A DNA stretch of 52,288 bases, filler included, from Catajapyx aquilonaris (GCA_000934665.2; 2 parts of 2 records of this genome joined end to end with filler, not necessarily neighbours in it); one strand, 5' to 3'. Positions 23,820-36,687 are shown, counted from the whole stretch's first letter. The notes: generated by a model from the sequence alone, not told the origin. Numbers and translations are program-made.

Positions 23820-24973
23820 CAGGGTGGTGCAAAATTTCCGTACAGCCTCTCGGACTGAGGCTCCTTGCGAATTTCCAAGACGACATTATCCTTGTTGATT
23901 TTTGCGATTTCGACTTCATTAAGGAGATAAACACATGTTAAATAGTTTCGTTACACATGTCAGTAATAGAGGTCACCCTATGCGTCAGACGACCTATGTA
24001 ACAGGGATGCTTCAGGATGGAATAATCGCAGGATAATAACACTACTACTGACATGTGAGATGACACTAAAGTTAACATGCCATTATCTCCATGCTGAAGC
24101 AGAAATCCCCAAAATCAACAGGCAAGGAAGTGGACGACGATTTTTATTTGAGTGATCCTTCCTACATGTCATCTTATCCTGAAACATGTGTATACTCGTG
24201 TGCTGAGCCTAGCACATCCTGAATCCTGCACAAGATGAAGCAAGTGTCATATCGATTGGCACAAGTTCAGCCTGTACATACAATCATATAGGCAGTGTCT
24301 GTTGAAGCGTAGGCTGCTATGTGGGTTGCTGTGTGCGTCTTGGGAACATCCAAATGTTTGTCGTCGTCTACCTCATTACCAGTTGGTGTCTCGACATTAA
24401 TTCTCACCCACACACTTTACTCTTATTTTTGCTCCGGATATCCACTGGCGGTCCATTGGCATCCTATTGTTATACGTAAACACCCCATAGGCTATAAAAT
24501 TGGTCTTATTATGACTGACCGAAAATGCGCAAATTGCAGGTGTTTGACATCAGTCATTCCTTTCTCATGAAAGGCGCAATAGGCCTAGGATTCTATTGAA
24601 AACTTTGAATTCTAATTAGAATTATCTCGCATTCTTGAGCAATCCCGTGGTCTCCATCTAATCGAATCTGTCCCACTCTAGAAATGCGTTTGAATATGCG
24701 TGGGCATTCTTCTTCGCCCATGTGTAAAGCCTCAGACCTCTTCCCCTGACAACGCATATCCAGTTGGCCTCTCTATACAGGGTGTCTTATAAAAGCATGA
24801 ATAAGTCTGCGATGGTTTTGGATTTTTCCTGCCAGGTGTAGAATATATTCTCAAAGATAGGTTACGATGTGTTTATGGGAGATGAAATGTTACCATGCTA
24901 ATAATGCTCCCACCTGTCCGTCAGTGTTAGTTGCACACTATGAAAACTTGGTGAAATTTTTTCGACCACCCTG
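23820..24973. mobile_element. Tc1/mariner-type non-autonomous element (possibly composite)
   Basis: TA|CAGGGTGGT...ACCACCCTG|TA; internal inverted repeat ~23895-23970 / ~24042-24120; an extra TACAGGGTGT near 24776. Confidence 0.6.
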
Positions 24974-26108
24974 TAGTATACTGCATAGCATAGGCTGATT
25001 GTGATGGGCACGGGAACAACGAGAGTGGAAAATAGGACCCCTTGCAAATGGCCTTTCGTTTATTCCACTGGATGGCTCTGCTCAGTCACAAAACTGCAAA
25101 ATTCGCGCTCCAAAAACGTCCAGGTCCATTCACGTCTAAGCCCTTCGCATCATTCAGGAAATTGCAAACCCCTAATTACAATCAAGAGGTATACAAGTAA
25201 TTGATATAATTAATACTGTCGGCAACGTTGAAAGGTCACCATTATGTATATACACTGACCTAATTTTTGCAAACTGCCCCACATTACGATGTGAAATGGG
25301 ACAGTAAATATTTTATAAACTTGAACGTTATGTAAATTTGGTAAGCGTTAGAACTTCACACAGTACAACATGCATGGTTCATTAATAATATGTACTAGGT
25401 AAAAAATCAAATTATACGTTAGTGCGCGTTAGTGCTATTGCTACAAGCTGCAAGCAAAACATTCTAAGTGGTGAAATATGAATAACCTCAAATCCCGAAA
25501 AGTGTTGTCAACAATTTAACAAAATCGGTCCTTTGTAGGAGCTGGGAGCAGGATAAAGAGACGTGCAGAAAAATATTAACGAGACTTCGTGTTGAATGCA
25601 CCATTAAAATTCCTGTAACCATTAAAAATTTGACAATAGGAATATTCCAAAAATTTCAGTCCCAACCTGTTTGGTACATTGCGAATTTTTAACATGATAT
25701 TGCATCAACTATCTCGCTGTGCAAATAAATGGCACGTGGAAATTTTCACTGACCCTGGGATAAAGTGATGTAATTGCTATCATTAGTGATTAAAAATCGC
25801 GATCATCTTGAGATTTTTTTTTTTACAAAAATTCCGGGATTCCCAAGTGCAAGCCAAATATTGATACAATCTGTTTCGCTGAAGTACCCCTACGTATACG
25901 GTATCTGTTAGCGTCAATATTTAGGGCGTCATTTTTATCTTTACAGTGTGTGACGTCCCACTCACCAGGGGGCTGGGCTGACCCAGTTCTTCCCCCCCCC
26001 CCTGGTGGGTGGGGCCCTTAGAAGGAGCCCTCCGCTCCTTCCCTCTTTTTCCCCTGCCCACCCTTCACACACACTGTTTGCCTTACCACGAGATACTTGT
26101 ATTCCAGG

Positions 26109-26208
26109 NNNNNNNNNNNNNNNNNNNNNNNNNNNNNNNNNNNNNNNNNNNNTTAATTAATTAANNNNNNNNNNNNNNNNNNNNNNNNNNNNNNNNNNNN
26201 NNNNNNNN
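26109..26208. other. Artificial contig-join linker / assembly gap
   Basis: Exactly 44 N + TTAATTAATTAA + 44 N (100 bp); a six-frame stop linker. Confidence 0.95.
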
Positions 26209-26709
26209 GATAGCCAGGATAAAGCTCGTTTGCGGGGTGTATGAAACTATATGTCGTATACTGTACATCAATGTTTAGCTTGGACTTGGGCCTTTCAAAA
26301 AAAAAAAATAATAACGAATTTGGAGGTCATGGGACCATGGCTGTCATTTTGAATCTATAATTTTATGTTAACGCATGGTAATCGATATTAATTCATATTT
26401 CTGAAGTTAATCATCAAAACTCGGACAAATTTTTCTGAGTGATAGTCTTTAGTCCTAATTTACAAATGCAATCAAGCAATAATAACAAAAGTATGGCAAG
26501 CCAGAAAGCCAGAGCCTGACCCATGCCATCTGTTGTTACCCCCCCCCCCCCTCCCAAAAATAACATTGTTTTGAAAGCATTTTGACAAAATTTAGCATAG
26601 GGCATAGCCCATGGTCTTAGAGGGCAAGCCGGTGTCTAGGGACATCTGCCTTCTGTTAGAAAAAATAATGATCCCTACATTTCATCCCGATGTCGTGTTG
26701 ATCTAAAAA

Positions 26710-27360
26710 TAGAACAGTCACAACGTCGACTTACCGGCGTGCCGGCCTTCTCGGCATTCTCGCACATCTACCCTCCGCAGATATGTTGGCTTGCCTGTCT
26801 CTGAGGGTTAAAGTGATCACCTAGAACCCCTGATCATTTCCCGAAGCAACCATACGGTAAATTCTTCCACCCTGGAGAGCTAGCTATGGTGGAGCGAGCT
26901 TTGCAATGGGTGTCTTCCTGGACACTGATCTTTTGGGCCCCAATATAGGTGGTGTCAGACTCATTCTCAGCGTTGCAGACAGTCACCATTCCGTGCTCTG
27001 CCATTCCGGGGGCGTTTCGTGCCCAATGAGTGTTTCTGTAGTTCGGAGGTGCTATTGAGCTTTGTTAGGTCAAACTAATGTAGGAGTTGTTGGAAACGAG
27101 ATGGCTGACCAAGAGGCCAAGCGAGCTACAACCCTAAAGGTGGACCAATATTTTCTACCTGAACCGCAATCAGTGATACGTGTTGATGCAGTGAGGCTGC
27201 GCTGCAGGATTGGCCTAGAGAAGTTGGGAAAAGGCAGGAGGGAAGTGGTACTTCGGCTTCTTCCCAGACATATCCTGGGAGGGGTACGTTCACGCCGCAT
27301 AGGATGTGTGCTGGGTCAGGTCTGGGCTCTGGTTGGAGTTGGTGGTGTGTGGGCTGAGGT
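26710..27360 (+). pseudogene. Decayed non-LTR retrotransposon RNase H region
   Basis: ELAMVERALQWV...VVSDSFSALQTV...NVGVVGNEMADQEAKRA across frameshifts. Confidence 0.65.
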
Positions 27361-27924
27361 GTAGGGCAGGCCAGGCAAGCCTGACCCCGACATGACCAAT
27401 CTTGGCCAAATTAAGCAGTGCGCGTTTTGTATTAATGTGGATTCTGTTTGACAATGACACCCATGCATGGATGCTGAGTTGTCATGTCATGCAATTGATA
27501 CAGTAGGTTCCTTGTACATTGTCACATGAGGACCATTTTGTACTTTCAGCAGGCATATTTATACATAACACAAGTGATGGGTCCTCTGTAAACTAATAAC
27601 TGAAGTTTACGCATGCATATGGCATGCCCCTGCGGTTACTGGTGACAGACTTGGGAAAATGAATGCCATACACTTTACTGAGATACTGATTGCCCTGACA
27701 ATAGAGGGTGCCAAATAAAGGGCATTGGGAAGTCTAAAATCCTACATTTTAGTAGGCAAAAAGGAAAGCCTGATTGTTAATTTCTTGTGTTAAATATGTA
27801 ATTGTATGGCCATGTTTTTTTTTTTCTTGTAGTACTTATGGCCACCAGTTGTCGCCCCTGTCTTAACGGTTTTAACGGTTTCTACTGCAACAGTTTTAAC
27901 ATGCAAGTTCCTGGAGGGTGGAGG

Positions 27925-29300
27925 CTGAGAGCGCATGCGCGGCAAGGCGGTTCCACTCTCTGATTGGTCCGTCTGGGAGGTGTAAGCTCCACCCTCTCCC
28001 CCATATGTGGATTCCTCCCCGGCCCACCCAACACCCTACACCCCCCAGGCCCCAGTTAAGTCACAGATACTCACTGAGCAGGGTGTGTGTTGAATCTGCT
28101 CCCGTGCGGGGCAGAGAGGCGGGAGGCCTGTGGCCTGGCGCCTCAAGCATCCCGCGCACATCGCCATGGTCGTCGAATTCGAGCTTAGAGCTTCTAGGTA
28201 CTGGTGAGTATAACAAAAATGAGGAAAATGGCGCTCAGGCAAAAATCATCGTAGGTGTCAGTACCGCAAATCTGGCCCGGGTTTATTTAAAACAATTTGG
28301 GTAAATTTTTGCGGGCTCAGAAGGATGATTGTCGCGCTTGTTTTTTTTTTTCTTCGCTTCAGTTCTGCGCGGTTCTGCGTGTGTGCATGGGGCAGTCCTC
28401 ANNNNNNNNNNNNNNGGGGGCTTCCAGGTGTTAGCGAGCACTCGCTTCCCCCACTTTTGCCTTCCCTATGTACCCCGGTGGGAAGCCACGTGTTCGGTAG
28501 ACACGGCCGCTTGAGATTTTGCTAAAACCTGGTAAATCAGAAGGCGGCAGGTTCCGTAGGGGGTGGTGATTGCCCCCTCCTCTTGATTTTCTCGGGGGGT
28601 GTTGAGTTTTTGACGCAGAGAATTCTGGGGATTTTTGAGCCAATTAGAAAAAAGGATTTGTTCAAAGTCATGAGTGACGTGACAAGAAATACGTCTCTGG
28701 ACCAATCAGGGCGGGACATTTGGGCTGGAGAGAGAAAGAAAATTCTAGATCGAGTCAGTCGCCAGTCGGGGAGTGAGAGACTAGCGATCGGTTGAAGGTG
28801 GCCGACGTTCCCATTTATGTAGTAGCCACGTTACATTTTTGGGATAGGAGTCCTCCAGCGCCTCCCCCCCCCCTCCCCCCATTTTCTCCCCCAAGCCAAA
28901 ATCCAGGCTGGTGTGTTTGCATGATGCTCTCCCCAGGTAGCGTGTTTGTGCACTGACCCGGCCAGCCAATGGGGTGTCGAGATTTGAATTGGGCTTGGAG
29001 GGCGCCAGTGACATCATCAGCTTTCTCCCCCTGCAACCAGGCCCCCTCCCTTTCTCTCCTCCACACTCCTTCCCTCCCCGTTCCCTCCCCTGCTGTCCCC
29101 CACCCACCCACCCTTTCTTCCTCTCACCCTGTTTGGGGGGTGGGGGGACTTTTTGTAAACCGTCTACCGGCTTGTCGCCATTTTGTTGCTTTGGGTTGTT
29201 GGGTTTACTCAAACCCCGAAATTTTCTTTCACCTCCTGGCAGCGGCTTCCCTTCACTTACTCCAGCGGCCCTCTGCCACCCCCACCCCTCTTCTGGTCTA
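27925..29300. promoter_or_regulatory. GC/CpG-rich promoter-like island
   Basis: GCGCATGCGC (27931), CCAAT/ATTGG boxes (27963, 28640, 28702, 28966), TGACGT (28675), GC box (28709), AAAATGGCG/CGCCATTTT (28225, 29176). No TE hallmarks seen. Confidence 0.45.
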
Positions 29301-30120
29301 AACGCCCAATTTTAGGGTTTTTTTGTTTTGTTTTGTGGTTGCAGCACATGGTGTACAGATATGGTGAAGTGTGTGGTTTAGACCAGTGGTTCCCAACCTG
29401 TGAGTCGCGAAGGTAGTTTTTACATTCACAAACACTCAGCCGTGAATGGGTGTATGCGTGTGTGTTATGAAGTTATGAAAATATTTTGTTTCCTTCTAAT
29501 ACATATTTCACAACGTATATCCCCTTGTGACCTCATCAGATCCATTCGGAGGCCTCGACATATGACCCAGGGGAATGATTAGGGGTAGTTTTTTACTGCC
29601 TTGAGAGACGGAAGCATTGCAGATTTGTCCTCGAACTCAGTACATTGTGGTTGGTTTAACATCTCCCCCCAGTGTTATTACATTTCTACGTGGTGTCTGT
29701 ACTCTGTTCACTGTTTTGTACTCACATTGCATTGGTTTGACTTTGTTCGAATTTCGAGGTTTTGTTCATAATTTAAAGAGTTCCATATCTTGCTATCCTG
29801 TTATCTCATTCCATTTTTATCCTAGACACGGTGGCACGGTCCAGCTACGGCCTCGGGGCAGTCCCAGGGTTCGAGCTGGTGTTTCAAATGTGCCGTATGT
29901 AAGAATGGCGGTTGTGGTTTGTTTGCTTAGGCAGCCTGTCGGAATTTTCCTGGCGTACTTTTTCTGGCGTACCTTTTCCTCTACGCACTGTGTCATGTGC
30001 TATTTGTCGGAATAATTCTCCTGTTCCGAACTGTGTTACGTTCTGTGTCATGTAGTTTTCAATCGTTTTGCATTTGTTTGTTTTTTCCCCCTTTGGAACG
30101 TTTGGACCTCCACATTCTCA

Positions 30121-30247
30121 TGCCTGGTTGCACCAACAAAATTACCGGTCCGATAGCTCCTAACGGACCGATAGCACATGTTAAAAGGTCTACATATCTG
30201 TCCATTAGGAGCTATCGGACCGGTAATTTTGTTGGTGCAACCAGGCA
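30121..30247. mobile_element. Fold-back MITE, Harbinger-like, 3-bp TCA TSD
   Basis: Perfect ~42-bp arms TGCCTGGTTGCACCAACAAAATTACCGGTCCGATAGCTCCTAA; TCA at 30118-30120 and 30248-30250. Confidence 0.8.
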
Positions 30248-30490
30248 TCAATGTGAAAGTCGTTATTGGATGTGGTATAATGTGTTTCAGGTGTGGTATC
30301 ATTTGTATAAAGGTATCAAGTGTATAAGGTGTGGTAGGCCTATAATGTGTATAATGGTATAACTGTATAACGTATATAAGGTGTGGTATGTGGTATACAT
30401 ACTGTGTCATGTAGTTTTCAATCTTTTTGCTTTTTTTTTCACATTGTAGCGTTTGGACCTCCACATTCGCAAACCCTCACCGACTTTAAG

Positions 30491-31428
30491 ATGGGCCCAA
30501 AAAACGTAGTAGCATTGGCAGTAGCTCATCCGATACACACAGAGTTCGGCAAAGGAGGGACCAAGATACTGAGGAAGAACACCAGGCAAGTCTCCACTCT
30601 GAGAAACGCATCCATCAGCCGGAGATTAGCTCCATTTTCATCAACCCACCTCCTAAATGCCGCTTTCCGCTACTCCACAGACAATGAATATTCTTCTGTC
30701 GATGTTGTTGCAATATATTGGTTCTATGTCAGAGGTATGCCAACATTGTCAGGCAAAGAAGTGGAAGGGTGAAACAAAATCGATCTGTTGCTCCATTGGA
30801 AAGGTTAGCCTGGCTGAGCCTCCACAGCTATACTTAAAATGCTCCTCTTATAGGCACATCACCTGATTCAAAACATTTCCTGAAGACCATCGGAAATTAC
30901 AATTTGGCCTAACTTCCAGATGACATCTTTTGGGGCCAACGTTGTAAGAGAAGGGGGCTTCATGCCTACATTCAAAGTGCAAGGGCAAATTTACCATCGC
31001 ATGGGATCACTCCTTCCTACAGAAAATGAGTCCCCGGTTTCTGCAACTTTACTTCATGGGGAACATGCAACAGCAGGCTGAATACTGGCACACGCATGGA
31101 CATCATACTGCAACTTCAGGAGATGATCCATTCCACTCACACTTACGTCAAAAGCTTCAAACATGCACTTGAGAGTCCTCCTCCTCTGGAATTTGACTTG
31201 GTTATCGATGCAGACAAGCGACCACAAGGTGAGCATCGTGGTCGATTCAATCAACCTTCTTGCAATGATATATATTGCTGTGATCATGAGTGGTCAGGAG
31301 CATGGTAAGAGTTATATTGTGTTGAAGCTTCGCGACAACCGTCTCCAGAGAATTTTCGAGACCCACAAATCTTATGACGCCCTTCACTATCCACTGATCT
31401 GTGTGCATGGAGAGGATGGGTACCATGT
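30491..31428 (+). pseudogene. Helitron RepHel N-terminal fragment
   Basis: IGSMSEVCQHCQAKKWKGETKSICCSIGKV...QMTSFGA...FMPTFKVQGQIYHRMGSLLP...FLQLYF...DKRPQGEHRGRFNQP...ETHKSYDALHYPL...GEDGYH, with frameshifts. Confidence 0.9.
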
Positions 31429-33039
31429 GGTGGGCCTTGAGTTCTCCAGTGACCCCATAGCTGCCTGCTGGCACAGTCACCCAGGCCCTCATCCCCTTTT
31501 CCAGTCACCCAGGCCAGATTGGCCATTTTGGGGTTGGGGAATAACTAAGAGAGGTTCCGGTCTTTCAATGCTATTCGACATTTACTGCACAAACTTCAAC
31601 TTTGCATTACATACTTCCCCCCCNNNNNCCCCCCCCCCCCCCCCCGGTGGTTCCTGGAGTGCCTGGAGAGGTTGATACACCCATGATACACGTATGCATT
31701 ACTGCTCTAGGAGGTTTCAATCGATAATATCTGCCTATTTGCCGACCTGCAATGGCCCTGTATTTGTGGCAAAGAAAATTGTGTAAATAATTTTTGTATG
31801 GCTTTTGTAGCTCTATACCACATCTCATTATGTCAGTGAAAGTGAACGAGGCAGATAATGGCAAATGAAGGTGTGTGAATTGCGCGAAATATATATGCCC
31901 ATTGTGCAAGTCCTCGAAAGTGTCTGCCCATGGGTTGTTTAAAACACATGCGTTGCCTGTTGCTTTGATCACAGCTGACAGAAGGAGCCATGTTCCCTTA
32001 CTCAGCTAATCAGGAGGAAAAAGAGAGCTCAGCTGGAGGGTAGCTGATACATCAACAACAAAAGAGATATTAAGGGGGGGATATCATGGGGGAGCTGAAC
32101 TTTCAGGGGGTATACTATCCTTGTATGGAATTTTGCATTTGTGGCATGTCATGTCAGAACTTTAAAAAAAATATTACTTTGGAGGTTTTTGGATATGGGA
32201 TTCTCAACCTGTATTGCATAATTCAGTCAGGGTGAGTGTGTTTCCTGATTGCTCTTGTTACTAAACCAAAAGTGGAGGTGGGCGAAGAAGAATAGGTCCC
32301 TCATTCACTGGGATGCTGGGGATGCTGGGGATGCTAGTGGAATATTGAAGACAAGGGCACAGATCTTCAGTATGATCACCCATCTTGTTGTCTGCTGTAG
32401 TTGATGTCTCTGGCAGAGAGAGTGAAGATACAGGAGCTGCCCTGTGCTGCTTGACTAGGTGTGACCATTGTCTTCTAGGTTGTAGTCTTTGATATCTCCT
32501 CGCTGTTGTGGGACCGTCGTTGGTGTCTGGTCCAGCCTGCTACAATGCACATGCGCCTTTCTGTTTGGCAGAAGACCCACATGTACTTGAACGGGTCAGT
32601 CTCAAGGTGTGGGGCTGCTCATCCATAATGTGTTATCTCGAAATCTTGCCTGAGCTTGTGGTCTTTCAGCATGGGTTCTTCATCTTAAGCTGGACTACCG
32701 GTGGCTGGAAAATCATAGGAGAGAAGCAGCTCGGGGACCGACCATGGAATCGAGCAGGTCTACACTCATTCGTCCACATGCGAAACACCATTCTGGCATT
32801 GTTAGTTTATGTGTGCTCTCTTATGCAGTTCTCATGCAACAAAAGAAATCTTTAGTGAGGAAAATTATAGGGGAGCTAAACTTTCAGCAGGTAAGAATTT
32901 AGGGCACTGTAATGCTCAGATAGTTTGTACCCCCACCCTGATCCTGTTACCTGATAGTAATAATCGTGGGCACTAACCGGTGAAATGTGATGGAAGTGCT
33001 TTCTTTCTTTCACACATGGTCAGCATTGAGGACAAGTGG

Positions 33040-33700
33040 CATCAATATATTCAAGCCTGAGGTCTTTTTCAGCTTTGTTTTCATGGATGCTAATGCCAAA
33101 AAACGAGCTTCACATAAACAGGTAGTAGTACTCCCGTTTTCAACATGCCTGTCTTGAGCCAAATATCCATGTTGTTTCTTCCGTTGCCAGGACCACCAGT
33201 ATCATCACAATGTCAAAAACCACAATGGTAGAATTAGCAGCCCCAAACAACGGATCAAGACACTTCCACCACCACCACTCAGACTACAACCGAGCAAGGT
33301 TTCATGATGAGCACTATGCACTGATGGGAATAAGTGCGCAGTTGCTCTGCAGCTGTGAGATGTGTCTTCTTTGAAGTTCCATGATGACTGTTCGGCGGAG
33401 AGCATATGGCCAATTTCCGTCCTGCTTTTCATTTTTCTCTGCCAAGACCCTTTTATAGTCTAGGAAAGTATTGGATGGTGCAGGCTGATGCAATTCTGCC
33501 AGTGTGTTTCACACATGTTTATCAGATGTGGGATCAGACCGAAACTTGTGGGTGGACTTGAGTGGTGGGCAGGAATATGTGACACCACAGGTGCAACTTC
33601 ATTTGCCATTATCTCCCTGGTTCAGTGACATAATAAAATGAGCTTTGGTGAAGAGAGAGCTCAACAGCTACATGTCCCCTCGAGCTGATCGGCGCTCTTC
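33040..33700 (-). pseudogene. Possible highly decayed hAT transposase
   Basis: Scattered motif-like strings LINMCETHW (cf. LCxTRW) and CLDPLF (cf. LDPRF); many stops. Confidence 0.3.
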
Positions 33701-34630
33701 AACATCCTGTGTTTCGTGACCCTTCCGGTAGATTTTTGGTGGGCAAAAACTTGTGAAATTGGACTTGTAGTGAATGTGTATTATGAGTTATGACACGCGA
33801 AAAGATTGTCATAACTATTTATATGCTTATGTGTTTGTATTGGTAATCCTGGGTGCTGCCAGGTTACCGTGGTTGTTTATTTGGCGTTATTCCAGAATAC
33901 ACAACACTATGATCAGTTGATCACCGCTCACGGTCCCTTGGCCACACGGTCTGGGTCTCGGGAGGCGAGTGGGGTGGGAGGTGCGTTGCATTGTCTGGTG
34001 AAGGTGAAACTGTGTTTATTTGGAGCGATTGGGGGATGGGAGGGGCAGGTGAGGCAGTGGCCACGACCTGGGCAACACTCCCACTAGTGCCCGCGGTACA
34101 CTGAAAGATACTGCAATTGATGATACAAGCAAGAGATTCGGCAGGTTTGGTCTTTAGACCAAGTAGACGGATTTGGCCTGTAGCACCTTCAAATTCGACC
34201 ATGAGGAGGGGAGGGGGGAGGGGAGGAGGTAATTTTCGTATTTTATTTTTGCAAATTTTATTTTGACCCCAGATGATCGTGAAATGTGACGATTCCTCAT
34301 GACTTTGACATGCTGAACACATTGATGACGTTCCCATTCATGTACGATGACCGGAAACCGGAATATGGCGGTCATCTTTAAAAATGGCGACTGAAAGAGG
34401 ACTATAGGATGTATATTGGAAATATACTCGCAGATGCGCGTAAGGTGTTTTTCTCGGGGTTATAGATGGGCTCGTTTTTGAACGCCAAGTTATGTCATGA
34501 GCCACTTTTAATTCTATTAAGAGGTGCACCCTTTTATAACACATTTGTTCAAACATCATAGGCGACGTCTTGGTTGCCTGAAGAACTGCACCTTCGTTTT
34601 CGGCGAAAAATGAGCCCTAAAATGCAACTA

Positions 34631-34967
34631 TAGTAGAACCCTGATTATCCTACTCCTCGTTTATCCGACCATCCTGCTCCAGCAATAAATGTGTGTTTTC
34701 TCATCAAACACTGTAATGCAGGCCTACTGAGCATTTGTTTTGTATTGCCTTAGAACTTATATACATTTTAAACAGCAGAGTGTGTATGTAAAAGATTAAT
34801 ACTTCACTATTTTTTAGAAAACCGTAATATTGTGCATTATTTCATGATTTTAGGTTTTTTGTTGTGTTTCTTTAAAGTGTCCTTTGCTTCTCGGATTATG
34901 CAACCTTTTCGGCTATCCAAATATGCCCCAGTCCTGTGGGCGACGGATAATAATCGGGGTTCTACTG
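34631..34967. mobile_element. pogo/Tigger-like MITE
   Basis: TA-flanked TIR (C/T)AGTAGAACCC(C/T)GATTA with subterminal TTATCC/GGATAA motifs. Confidence 0.7.
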
Positions 34968-35485
34968 TAATATTGTGTTGTTATTTGTAGTCATTAGCAG
35001 CACTTGTTTTGCATACAAAACTTGTTGTGGCTTAAGTTGTAATCATGACCTTTTATTTCTCAGATGTACAAGCTGCTATGGTGAGCGCATGCGCTAGTGC
35101 ACTAGTTAACAATGAAGTACCAGCATGGCAGGCTGCTTGGACTGCGCGGAACCCAGCTTGGAAGATAGGAGTTGATGTGCCGCGCAGACGATACTAGATG
35201 AAGAAGGGACTAGAAGAGTTCATGGAACACTGCCAGAACAAAGATGGTCCAAGTCAACACGTTCCTGGACACTCCACAGCCAAGCTTTACTGTCAGCAAT
35301 CTCATTACAAAAGAGACAGATTTAAACACATTAACTGGCATTCCCACCGTTTCCCATTTGCATTCTATTCTTGTCATTGAAGTTGTTGGTTACTTTTCCA
35401 CTTCCTGAATGCCAGTTTTTGATTGTTCATTTTAGTTGACTAGTGGGATTAGTTTATTAGTTGGATTAGTTGACTAGGGGGATTA

Positions 35486-35770
35486 GTGACTAGTGGGGGT
35501 TTCTCTGACAGGTTTAACATTAGTGTTGGGGTTAAGCAGGGTTGTGTCATGTCTCCCTGGTTATTTAACTTGTACTTAGATGCATGTGTAAGGGAAGCTA
35601 TGGTTGAAGGTGTAGGAGTGATGCAGTTTGGTGATGAGTTAGTTAGTCACTTGCTGTATGCAGATGATTCTGCCCTTCTGGCGGAGAGTGAGGCTGATTT
35701 ACAGTTGATCCTATGCAAGTTAGATAATGTTCGTGAAGAGAGGGGTGTGAGGATTAACGTAGATAAGACT
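35486..35770 (+). pseudogene. Non-LTR reverse transcriptase fragment (RTE-like)
   Basis: FNISVGVKQGCVMSPWLFNLYLD...HLLYADDSALLAESEADLQ...GVRINVDKT. Confidence 0.9.
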
Positions 35771-35939
35771 TGCTCAGAGGCATCCAATTAGAGCCATGCC
35801 ATCACATCCTACTCTACTCGTGTAATGTATTTGATCATGTAGAAGGCAGGAAAGCGCCTATATTTATCGTAAAGATTATTATCTCTTGGTTCACTTTGGA
35901 TTGATTTAGGTTATTATAGTCATTAAATAGTTGTACTAT

Positions 35940-36125
35940 GCCACTTTAGCCTGGTCTTGAAGCAACCCTTCACTATGTCGCCTTCGGGCGATAGGTTTTT
36001 GTACCTCCCGCTTCTGGCCAGAAGCGGGAGGTACAAAAACCTATCGCCCGAAGGCGACAACACACACACACCTGCTCAACATGGGACCTGTGCAAAGGGT
36101 TGCTTCAAGACCAGGATAAAGTGGC
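35940..36125. repeat. TIR element containing an 84-bp perfect palindrome
   Basis: Outer ~31-bp IR GCCACTTTA(G/T)CCTGGTCTTGAAGCAACCCTT; inner spacerless palindrome 35976-36059. Confidence 0.85.
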
Positions 36126-36464
36126 CAAAACAATTTGAGCCACATAGTACATCCATCATTGACCGTGCTAGCACTGGGTATTTACGAGGCCAGAACTGAT
36201 CATCATTCATTAGGAAGGCATTCAAGGAATGGCTATAATCTTGTGGTATATTGTCTAATTGTGTAGTCTAATTAGACTTCATAGGACCATCTTTAACTAC
36301 TAGATATTTAATTTAAAGTTAAGTAGCTATTTAGAAGTCGGGATTCATGTGTAAGATCATCTTGAGGTAGCGAAGAGCATGGAGGACTACTTTAATTTGA
36401 AGTGGCAGACAACCTTATTCTAGCCTCCCAGACTACCATCGTTTAGGTAATGGTTGGAATGCTA

Positions 36465-36687
36465 GCAACATTTTCCGATGCAGCGGAAGTGCAAATCGAA
36501 GTGATAAGGAGTGCAAGCCGTGCAAGTAAGAAATGATAGGCCTTGGGTGATGTCACTGGCTGTGGGGCAATGGAGGAAAAGGCTTGTCCCCAGCCAGTGA
36601 CGTCACCTGAGGCCTAGCATTTCTTATTCGCATGGCTTGCACTCTTATCACTTCGATTTGCACTTATGCCTCATTGGAAAATGTTGC
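36465..36687. mobile_element. Fold-back MITE with TA TSD
   Basis: ~100-bp imperfect arms GCAACATTTTCC...AAGTGCAAATCGAAGTGATAAG...GTCACTGGCTG and their reverse complement. Confidence 0.8.

Noticed and set aside
28781..29416. Long ORFs on both strands in the GC-rich island
   Set aside because: Low-complexity G/P-rich translations with no recognisable domain.
28166..35097. Selenoprotein made by joining 28166-28203 to 35064 (in-frame TGA followed by CTSC)
   Set aside because: The product would be ~23 aa, does not match Rdx/SelW spacing, and I see no convincing SECIS; the junction itself is hypothetical.
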